Of a stretch of DNA of 28,549 nucleotides, positions 10,191-20,009 are shown in pieces. Below the pieces are notes generated by a model, which did not search any database, had not been told where the DNA came from, and was given only the letters and a program-made list of their open reading frames with translations. Positions within the stretch are counted from its first letter, which is position 1. Every line of letters starts with the position of its first letter. A program made the position numbers and the translations under genes. This DNA is from Octopus sinensis (Eukaryota): positions 1-28,549 of the forward strand of contig NW_021833561.1 of NCBI RefSeq assembly GCF_006345805.1, in the 5' to 3' direction.

Positions 10191-11349
10191 GGATTTGCTG
10201 AAATTCTGTTCGATTAGAGTCAATATTACCTTTTGAATGTGTGCTAATTTGCATAATGGAATGAGTTGGAAATGATAAGGTTGGGCGGCGTGTAAAGAAA
10301 TTGGTCCCTTAGTTTTAGGCTTTGTTATTGTTTTCTTTTTAATAGACCGCTTGTCTGGTAAAATGGACTGAAAGAGTAAAAAGTGTACTTAGTGAAGTGG
10401 GGAGATGGATCCGTGATTCATTTCTTTGTCCAGTTGTTAATGTGGTTTCTGTTATTACTCTAGTTTTCATTGTTTGCAGTTGGTGTTGCTTGCTATCATT
10501 GTTATATATATTTTTATTGTTGTTATTTTCTTTTTATTGTTGTTATTTCCTTTTTTATAGCTGTTACTGTTGCATTTTATTTCAATTTCTATGACTTTTT
10601 ATTAACTATATTGACTCCCTGAAGTAACTTCACCTAGATGCTGCCACGATGTCGATAACGTTTTGTTCCGAAGACTTAAGTTGGGATTACTAAATTAAGT
10701 GATGTTTTTATCCGTTGTTAATCCGATATTTGCTTAGGTAAAAAAAGAAAAACAAACCCAAGAACTCGAAAAAAAAACAAAACCAAAAAAACAACATATC
10801 CGAAGAACTCGGAAAACGATGGCAAGAAAAAATATATAAATCCACAGCAGAAATATATGGAAAAAAAGAATGTTCGGAAATAGCAGATATAAATTGTATT
10901 TTAGGTAATCTTCCTCTGATATTTGCATCGAGAGAGTTTAGTTTAAATGCAGATATAAAAAGGAAGAAGCACAGTGGTTTTTCTGGTTGCTTCCAACGTA
11001 TGTAACCTAATTTTAAACACAAGTGCCTGGTATTCTGATTCATATATGCTTCTACACCATGCAGACGCCTCTGTTGCTTCCTTCGGATTTTCCAATATGG
11101 TGGAATGTTGCAAAGTTTGCAATCACGAGGGACTACAGCATTTCTATATTCACTAAATATTACATACACTCTATTCCTTGGAGACATAGAAAGCCTCTCG
11201 GGTATTCATTCGTCCTGTTAAAAATAACAGGAACATCTCCTCCAAATCATAGCGCATTGGAAAATGAAAGATAGCTTAGGTAATATGGTGTTAAACATAT
11301 TCCTAAAACGATGACGTGGTCTTGGATGGAGTGCCATTTATAATTATGC

Positions 11350-11389
<40 letters not shown>

Positions 11390-11652
11390 TATATATAAAA
11401 TATATATATATAGATATATATATATGCAAGGTAAAAGTTTTTATTTTTCATTCCCTTCGAAAATTGCTCTTAATATGTGGTTTTGGTCGTTTTGACTGCT
11501 TCTTCTAGCATGTAAAAATTACCTGTTAGATGTAGTTTTCCCTTGTGTTTAAATGTATACTATTCTATATTGAATTTGTTGTCTATTTACTTTTCATACA
11601 TCCTAGGCCACTGGTGGGAAAATTTCTAAAAATATTCACCACCCTATATAAT

Positions 11653-11684
<32 letters not shown>

Positions 11685-11790
11685 CATACATACATACATA
11701 CATACATACACACACACAACACACACACACACACACATACACACACACACACACCACACACACATATATATATATATATATATACACACA
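11350..11790. repeat. (TA)n block and (TACA)n/(CA)n/(TA)n block
   Basis: TA at about 11350-11425; TACA/CA/TA at about 11655-11790; unique sequence in between. Confidence 0.85.
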
Positions 11791-12593
11791 CTAGGACTTT
11801 ATCTCGCGCGATTCCTGCAGGGTCTTGCCGGTCAATGATACATATACATTAAGTTTGATACATAAGATACTCTTTAAAGCTAATACGGCTACAGTTATTT
11901 ATCCTGAATTATCTAATTAACCTCTTTAATCTTTCCAATACCAATGAATGTATTATTCACCGTTTCTTATATCAGAGGTTAATACCAAGGTCAAACAAAG
12001 GTGAAAATGACTGTGGTCACCACGCTAGCTGTCGGCACAGTCCTTAGTATCCCTCAGACACACACTGTGTTTTTATCATATTACGACATTGGCCATCCAG
12101 GACAGGTTAACTGGACATATCCCGTTTACCTTTAGGCAATATGTACCAGAATTTGATATCAATGACACACACTAACGACTCATTCCTCTATTATGTACGG
12201 CTGAAGTTATTTAATAATTTGTTTTCTTTTGAATGGACTTGATGAATAATTGTTTTAAACACGTTTGGCAAATTCAGAGACAGAATAGTGGAGCACCACA
12301 TCGTTTTATTTAGTAGTGATTACCGTGATTTTTATACTGCAAGTTCTATTTTATAGGTTTACGTTTTCCAAATTTTTATTTTTGATACTATTCGCTTTTG
12401 GAACCCCTTTTGGAGTTATGCGTGAGCATTTAGTATGTGACGTAATAAAAATAATACGTCCTAGTACAGAAACAAAGTCACAAATTTCAGGGATGTTTAG
12501 TCGATTAAAGGTAGGTACATTCAACCAATACTGGAGGCCAAGGCGCTTATATAAAAGACAATGGTGCTGTTTTGTCTCTCACTAAACTATAAA

Positions 12594-12810
12594 TTAATGG
12601 CTTCAATGTTTGGCACAGGGCCAGCAATTTTGATGGGAGAGGAAAGTTGATAGCATCAACTCCAGTGCTCAACTGGTACATTATTTATCAACCCCCACAA
12701 CATAAAATGAAAGTTAGCTTCGGTGGCATTTGAACTCAAGAGTGTAACGAGCCGGAGGAAATTTCGCTAAGAATTTTTCAGATGGGATAACTTTCTTGCC
12801 AACACACCGC
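12594..12810 (-). mobile_element. SINE family D, old diverged copy
   Basis: Reverse complement has B box gagttcaaatgcc and gggggttgataaataatgtaccagttgagcactggagttgatgctatcaact; colinear with 19726-19912 and 27884-28033. Confidence 0.8.
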
Positions 12811-12983
12811 GTTCCTAAACTATAAAGTAATACGTGTCAATACTTGTGTGGCTGTTAATAGTTTTGCTTGACGACCACGTGGTTTTATGTTCAATCCCAT
12901 TGCAGGTCATCTTCGGCAAGTTTCTTCAACTATAATCCGGACATGTGACTGAATTTGAATTTCGTAGACGTAAACTCGTTACA

Positions 12984-13383
12984 TATTTATTTATTCTTTT
13001 TACACGATGCTGGAGCACCGTCTTAAAGGGTTTTAGTCGAACATATCGATCCCATGACTTATTCTTTGTACGCCTAGTACTTATTCTATTGCTGTCTTTT
13101 GCCGAAACGCTAAGTTACGGGGACATAAACATACCAACATCGGTTGGCAAGCTATGTTGGGGGGGATAAGCATAGACATACACACATAAATACACATCCA
13201 CACACACATATATATATATATAGACAACGGGCTTCTTTCATTTTCCGTCTACCAAATCCACTCACAAGGCTCTGGTCGGACTGAGGCTATGGTAGAAGGC
13301 ACCTGCACAAGGTACCACGCAGTGGGACTGAACCCAGAATCATGTGGTCAGGGAGCAAACTTCTTACCAGACAGCCAAGCCTG
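12984..13383 (-). mobile_element. SINE family A lacking the terminal stem-loop
   Basis: Both halves and the internal microsatellite are present; after ggtgctccagcat the cagtcaaatgactg hairpin is absent. Confidence 0.9.
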
Positions 13384-13585
13384 TGTATATATATATTTGT
13401 GTGCGTGTGTATTTGTGTGCTTGTGTGTATGCGCGCGCGTGTGTGTCTGTGTATTTGTGTGTTTGTGTGTATGTGTGTATTTGTGTGTTTGTGTGTATGT
13501 GTGTATTTGTGTGTTTGTGTGTATGTGTGTATTTGTGTGTTTGTGTGTGTATTTGTGTATTTGTGTGTGTGTATATATATGTATG
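13384..13585. repeat. GT-rich array containing a 26-bp higher-order unit
   Basis: gtgtatttgtgtgtttgtgtgtatgt is perfect at 13449, 13475 and 13501 and near-perfect at 13527. Confidence 0.93.
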
Positions 13586-13587
13586 TA

Positions 13588-13742
13588 CATCATCGTAACT
13601 TAGAGGTTCGGCAAAAACCCCACAGTAGGATAAACACCAGACTTAAAAAACGTAAGTACTAGGGCCAATTTCATTCGATGTGAAAGCAGTTGAAGCGTTG
13701 CCCCAGCATGACCACAATCCAATGTGTCAAACAAATAAAAAA
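13588..13742 (+). mobile_element. 3' half of a diverged family A-related SINE
   Basis: cgtaacttagaggttcggcaaaa...taagtactaggg...ccccagcatgaccaca...aaacaaataaaa matches the family A 3' half. Confidence 0.75.
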
Positions 13743-14948
13743 AATGCACAAAAAACCCCCAGCAGATCGCCGTCAGAAGAAGACAAAGCGTTTAACTCAT
13801 TCGTCTCTTCCGATATTCTATCGACTTGCTCGTTTGCTGCTGCTTCTGTATTTCATATTAATATTTACCGCCGTCGAATATAAATAAAATAATATTACTA
13901 ATCGATTTAATAGAAGCAATTATTCATTTTCAGATTATTTCGTTGTTGATATAACTTCTCCTTTAAGGAACGAAAATCCTCCTGGGATTCACCGTTATCA
14001 CAGCGGTGTAAATATTATGATGGAATGTAATTTGTTTTATTTGGGGCAAGAGAGAAGTAATTGAAAATTAGCGATAAGGAGTGGTTCAGGTGAAAATTGC
14101 CTCCCTCCAGGTGATGCTGGTGGTTATGATTATTGTTGTTATTATTATGGTGGTGGTGGTGGTGCTGGTGGTGGTCAGTGAATATATATATATATATATG
14201 CAAGGAAGGTCGATTCGTTGATTGAAATAGATAAACAAACGTGTGTGCATGTTGTTAGAGTTTAGACGTTACGTCCAGAGAACGATGTGACCGTACATGT
14301 GGCGTGTGAAATAATGAGAATATCATTAAAATAATTCCCACACGTGTAATTTCGTTGGAGAATCAATGTATAGAATTAATATTAGTTGAAAGAGAGACAA
14401 GCATTTAGGACATTGAACTGTTTAAAATCATATTCTAGATGATTCGAAGTGTGCCGCTATTAGCCTTTATATGCTGTTTCACATTTAGTCGATTAGGCTT
14501 ATGAAATAGTTTCATACGGCAGCTTTGATCCGATGTAGTAATCATAACCACCTGTTTTTCAGTTTTTGATCGGGATTAGTAATTTATATTGACGCTTCAT
14601 TTTTGTCTAAGCTTGTCCTATACTAACATGGAATAAACTATTTCAGTTATGCCATGAAATTTTTGTTTCATGCTCTATTTTATGTTTTGTTCTGACCGTT
14701 GGTATCGTGTAGTATTTTCGACTTTGGCGTTCTTTTGGTACATGGTCGATCTATTTTTCGTAGATGCATTCTCAGGCTATTTTGTTACCTTATCTAAGCC
14801 TTGTCTCTTCTGTTCCGTAATGAATATAATTTATAATGAATTTGTAGCATTTCTCTATTTATAACGCACATACGTATACAGACATAATACAAACATTCAT
14901 ATACTTAAATATATACTATATATATTATATACACATGTGGATATATAC

Positions 14949-14985
<37 letters not shown>

Positions 14986-15038
14986 CTATATATATATAAT
15001 ATATATATAGTTCAAATTTACAGAAAACATAACGCTAT

Positions 15039-15350
15039 GACAGGTGTAGGAACAACAAGCATCTGTATTTGTTTAAAACTTGGCAAGAATGGAAAAATCT
15101 TTGACGTTTCGAGCCTACGCTCTTCGGCAGAAAGAATTCAGGGAAAAGAAAGAAAAATATTTGTGAGTGTGTGTGTATTAGAAAAAAATAAATAAAACAT
15201 AAAGACGAGGAGGGAAAATGGAGAGTTAAATGAACAAACGTGCCTCAAATAGAAGGTAACCGCCTGTTCCATGTGACAGGCTTGATAACTGCTGAGATTT
15301 ATTTCAGCATGAAACTAATGGTAGCCTGGTTAAACCACAGATAAAGAATA
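15039..15350 (-). mobile_element. Probable Penelope-like element terminal-repeat remnant
   Basis: Contains a minimal hammerhead motif of the kind associated with Penelope-like elements. No RT or GIY-YIG ORF is visible, so the class and boundaries are inferred. Confidence 0.4.
15094..15139 (-). ncRNA. Minimal type I hammerhead ribozyme motif (core position 6 is C instead of A)
   Basis: Minus strand GAAU-UCUUU CUGCCGA A GAGC-GUAG-GCUC GAA ACGU C AAAGA-UUUU. Stem I UCUUU/AAAGA, stem II GAGC/GCUC, palindromic stem III ACGU, GUC cleavage triplet. Confidence 0.7.
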
Positions 15351-15677
15351 CACACACACATATATACATAAATATATGAACACACATACCTATATACATT
15401 ATCTTCATCATCTTACGGCAGGGACATAAAATATGACAGGCATGGGGAGGAAAATAGATGTTGCACGGATGGTAATCGAACCAAGAAAGAAGGTCAGGTT
15501 TGGCTGAACACCGGTCACGTGGGGAGAAGTAGAGGCAGAGGGATAGAATAATTAGGGAGGAGTGAGAAAAAAGAGAGAGAGTGAAGTGAAAGAGGAGGGA
15601 AGGTGAGAATGAAGAGAAAGCCAAGAAATGTGAGAGAAGGGGAACGAAAGAAAGAAGAGTGGAAAGAATGATATCTA

Positions 15678-16340
15678 TAAATCTTTAAAATCTTTGAATC
15701 TTTAAATTGTTTCAGCTTCAAAGCTGCGGTCGTATTAGAGGCACCCCCGTTGGCTGTATAACACTGTTATTTCAATACACCTCTGATATGTGGCATTTGG
15801 CGAATGAGGGAGTTTGATGCAGCTACCCTCATCTGTGTTTTCTGCTCGTGGTAGGCTCATCTGAAACCCTTAACAGGAGGAGACCTAGTTTTGTTTTGAC
15901 GACACCTACACCATGCAATTCTCTCAGGCATCTTGGAAGGATATTGAAGAGCTGTGGGCCCTTGAAACCAAAGCTGTTGCAGTGTCTGTTCCTGTATTTC
16001 AAAGATGATGCTGGGAACCTGGCCACTATACAGTGGCGCCCCATTCTGCTGTTTGTGTAACTTACAATGCCAAAGTTTGTTACAAGGCCTTCCAGAATTT
16101 TCCAGATGTATATCACTGCATATCTTTCCCGCCTTCGTTCTAAGGAGAAGAGTTTTAACTCTTTTCCAGTAGCTGATACGTAGCATTGTGTAGCATCGAT
16201 GGATTGCTTCGAGTTCCGCCGTTAATTTTATATTGTGTGGTGACCAAAGATGGGAGCAGTAGTCCAAGTGGCTGAGGGAGTATGCCCTCCATCAGTGTCT
16301 CATTGTCTCTTGTTCTGAATGTTCGGAGGATCCATCCAGC
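15678..16340 (-). mobile_element. CR1-group LINE, 5'-truncated 3' end (RT C-terminus pseudogene, 3' UTR, tandem tail)
   Basis: Frameshifted GWILRTFRTRD..WRAYSLSHLDYCSHLWSP..ELEAIHR..SYWKR..IYIWKILEGLVTNFG..GFKGPQLFNILP..LR; ends gcagctttgaagctgaaac plus (aaagatt)-like repeats. Confidence 0.9.
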
Positions 16341-16480
16341 AATATTTTATATTTGTAGTGTAATATATAGATTGAGAGGATCATAGAATCACGTGGCTAT
16401 CAGGAAAAAGCCCTCAAGCGGTCTGCTAGCCGAATAAATGTATGTATATGTGTGTGTGGATGTATATATATGTATATGTA

Positions 16481-17060
16481 TTTTCTTTTTCTCTAGTTTC
16501 AGCTCGGAGCTGTGGCCATGCTGGTGCACCGCCGTTTTGCTACACTGTTATTATTTAGAACCTTCTCTAATATATGGCACTTGGTGAAGCATGGTGTTTG
16601 ATAGAGCTACCCTCATTTGAACCTCTTGCTGTGAGATAGATTCATCTGGAACCCTCGACAGGAAGAGGTCCAACTTTCATTTAAAAAAACCTCTGCATCT
16701 ACTATGAGTAAGTTCCTCAGACTCTTTGGGGCAATATTAAAAAGCTCTGGGCCCTTGAAACCCAGGCTTTTGCAGTAACTGTTCCTGAAGCGTGATGGCA
16801 TTGGCGGGATCTTTGGTACTATGCAGTGTCATCCCGTTCTGGCATTGGTGTAGCTTTCAATGCCGAAATTTGGCACAATTCCTTTCAGGATCTTCCATAT
16901 ATATATTACTGCATACCTGTCCCGTCTTCTATTCAGGGAGTAGAGTCTTAACTGTTTCAACCTTTCCCAGGTGTTGCAAAGAGACGATCTTCTTTGTGAA
17001 TCTTCTCTGGATTGCTTCAAGGTCCCCTGTTAATTTCACACTGGTGGGTGACCATAGCTG
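16481..17060 (-). mobile_element. Second CR1-group LINE 3' end, 5'-truncated
   Basis: QLWSP..LEAIQRRFTKKI..WERLKQLRLYSLNRRRDRYAVIYIWKILKGIVPNFG..GFKGPELFNIAPKSLRN..DLFLSRVPDE with frameshifts and a stop; ends ggcggtgcaccagcatggccacagctccgagctgaaac. Confidence 0.92.
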
Positions 17061-17067
17061 TGTATAC

Positions 17068-17072
<5 letters not shown>

Positions 17073-17109
<37 letters not shown>
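17073..17109. repeat. (TG)n microsatellite
   Basis: Perfect TG run between the LINE 5' end and a SINE head. Confidence 0.97.
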
Positions 17110-17111
<2 letters not shown>

Positions 17112-17412
17112 AGGCGCAATGGCTCAGTGTTTAGGGCAGCGGAGTCGCGGTTTCGATTCCCAGACCGGCTGTTGTGAGTATTTATTGAGCGAAAAACACA
17201 TAAAGCTCCACGACCTCCTGTAGGGGATGGTGGCGTACCCTGCCGTACTATTTCACCACAACTTTCTCTCACTTTTTCTTCCTGTTTCTGTTGTACCTGT
17301 ATTTCAAAAAGACAGTCTTGTCACACTCTGTGTTACGCTGAATCTCCCTGAGAACTATATTAATGGTACACGTGTCTGTGGAGTGCTCAGCCACTTGCAC
17401 CGACGGAGTCCC
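17110..17412 (+). mobile_element. SINE family B3 with two internal deletions
   Basis: Matches 25352-25736 but lacks 14 nt in the tRNA head and 61 nt near the 3' end. Confidence 0.9.
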
Positions 17413-17611
17413 ACACACACACACTCACACACACATAATAGCAACAGAGAGATTAATTGAATGATATATAGATTAATAGATAAATGCATAGAGGGATTGA
17501 GAGGCTATAAGTGTATAAAATGTAGAAATGGCATCGACGGTATTCAATTAGTCTCACTGTAACAGCTTCACTAGCATAACTAACATCGACAAAAGTCGAC
17601 CAATACCATCT

Positions 17612-17638
17612 ACACACACACACATACACACACACACA

Positions 17639-17674
<36 letters not shown>
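17612..17674. repeat. (CA)n microsatellite
   Basis: Direct reading; abuts the head of the next SINE. Confidence 0.97.
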
Positions 17675-17676
<2 letters not shown>

Positions 17677-18078
17677 CGCCGGACTGGCTATGTGGTAAGT
17701 AGCTTGCTTACCCATCACATGGTCCTGGGTTCAGTCCCATTGCGTAGCACCTTGGGAAAATGTCTTCTATTATAGCCTCGACCCGACCAAACCCTTGTGA
17801 GTGGGTTTGGTAGACAGAAACTGAAAGAAGCCCGTCGTATATATGTGTGTATATAAATGTGTGTGTATTTGTGTGTCTATTGTGTTTATCCCCCAACATA
17901 GCTTGACAACAGACGGTGGCGTGTTTACGTCCCCGTAACTTAGCGGTTCGGCAAAAGAGACCGATAGAATAAGTACTAGGCTTACAAAGAATAAGTCCTA
18001 GGATCGATCTGCTCGACTAAAGGCAGTACTCCAGCATGGCCACAGTCAAATGACTGAACAAGTAAAGAGCAGAGTAAA
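17675..18078 (+). mobile_element. SINE family A, full length
   Basis: Colinear with 1251-1662; internal microsatellite about 17838-17880; 3' cagtcaaatgactg hairpin and agtaaagag tail. Confidence 0.93.
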
Positions 18079-18122
<44 letters not shown>

Positions 18123-18189
18123 ATGTTTAAGTATATATATATGTATATAGACACATATATGTACACATACATTTATGTATTTGCGTAAG

Positions 18190-18226
<37 letters not shown>

Positions 18227-18777
18227 ATACACATATGAAAAAATATATCAACGAAGTAAAAGAAAGAAAAAATATAGAAAAATTCGATAAAATAGTTTAA
18301 AATGATGCAAAGATAAAAATATAGAATAAACCAGATCGGTTTCCAAATCGTTCGCATACAGAATTCTAAATTCCAGTATTCAGCTCCAATTCTTGGACGA
18401 GTCCTGAACTTGTTGATTGAATATTATGGCGACTGTGTATCTGTCGAAAATATCTGTCTGTGATATTACAAGAAAACTGTTCAGACCAGAGATTTTGTAT
18501 GGATTTACAGACGAAATATCAATATTTGAGAACGAAAGAAGAGAGAATAAAAAAATATAAATAAAGGAAAGAGGAGAAAGTTTTTTGTGCATTTCTTAAG
18601 TTTATTTTTGTTTTTTAGTTTTCACCAGAAAGTGAAATTATTTGTATATGTATTTTTTATATAATTTATATCGATGTCTTTTATTTGTCTATATGAATAT
18701 ATGTATATATGCACGTGCGTGTGTGCGTTTATGTATATATACATATACCTATATGTATCTCACTCTCTCTCTCTCTC

Positions 18778-18840
<63 letters not shown>

Positions 18841-19116
18841 TTGCATGATATCATTCGGAACATAGTAGTTTTTTTATATTTGCTCTATATTATCTTATTT
18901 ATCAATTTGCATTTTATTTTCATGATGGAAAGATACCAATTACACACCTATCCACACACACGCGCACACGTACACACATACACAGATAACTGCACGCACA
19001 CGCACATACACAAATATGCATATATGAATATATAATATATATATTGATACACTTAGATGTAGATATCTGTACATAAGTATATGCACACACATACTTATAT
19101 ACATATAGATATGTAT

Positions 19117-19322
19117 ACTCTTTTACTCTTTTACTTGTTTCAGTCATTTGACTGCGGCCATGACGGAGCATCGCCTTTAGTCGAGCAAATCGACCCCAGA
19201 ACTTATTCTATGTAAGCCTAGTACTTATTCTATCGGTCTCTTTTGCCGAACCGCTAAGTTACGGGGATGGAAACACACCAGCATCGGTTATCAAGCGATG
19301 TTGGGGGGACAAACAGACACAA

Positions 19323-19357
<35 letters not shown>

Positions 19358-19527
19358 CATATACGACAGGCTTCTTTCAGTTTCCGTCTACCGAACCCAC
19401 TCACAAGGCTTTGGTCGGCCCGAGGCTATAGTAGAAGACACTTGCCCAAGGTGCCGCGCAGTGGGACTGAACCCGGAACCATGAGGTTGGTAAGCAAGCT
19501 ACTTACCACACAGCCACTCCTGCGCCT
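19117..19527 (-). mobile_element. SINE family A, full length
   Basis: Reverse complement matches family A throughout; (agtaaaag) tail repeats at 19117-19136. Confidence 0.94.
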
Positions 19528-19631
19528 AAGTATATATATATATATATATATACATACATATATCATATGTATAATACTATATACATACTATACATACATA
19601 CATATATATATATCGTACATACATTCATATA

Positions 19632-19725
<94 letters not shown>
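19528..19725. repeat. TA-rich array with a long perfect (TA)n
   Basis: Perfect TA run about 19635-19725. Confidence 0.97.
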
Positions 19726-19730
<5 letters not shown>

Positions 19731-19912
19731 CGGCGAGCTGGCAGAAACGTTAGCACGCCGGGCGAAATGCGCAACCTTATTTCGTCTGCTGTTACGTTGA
19801 GAGTTCAAATTCCGCCTAGGTCGACTTTGCCTTTCATCCTTTCGGAATCGAGAAAGTATGTACCAGTTACACACTGGAGTCGATGTAATCGACTTAATCC
19901 AATTGTCTGTCC
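19726..19912 (+). mobile_element. SINE family D, apparently 3'-truncated
   Basis: ggcgagctggcagaaacgttagc head, B box gagttcaaatt, gcctttcatcctttcgg..taccagttacacactggagtcgatgtaatcgact body. Confidence 0.88.
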
Positions 19913-19923
19913 TATATATATAT

Positions 19924-20009
19924 ATTTGAACTTACAACGTAACCGCAGACGAAATACGGTTGCGCATTTCGCCCGGCGTGCTAACGTTTCTGCCAGCTCG
20001 CCACCATCA
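19924..20009 (-). mobile_element. Inverted head-only copy of SINE family D
   Basis: Reverse complement matches 19726-19810 with 5 substitutions and 1 indel; 45 bp are identical. Confidence 0.92.

Noticed and set aside
10708-11187. Longest non-repetitive ORF (159 aa, minus strand)
   Set aside because: No recognisable domain, low-complexity F-rich tail, and a length within what six-frame chance can give in 28 kb.
13934-14007. Plus-strand exon candidate (ttttcag|..CGGT|gtaaat; YFVVDITSPLRNENPPGIHRYHSG)
   Set aside because: Good acceptor but modest donor, no recognisable peptide, and opposite strand to the better candidates.
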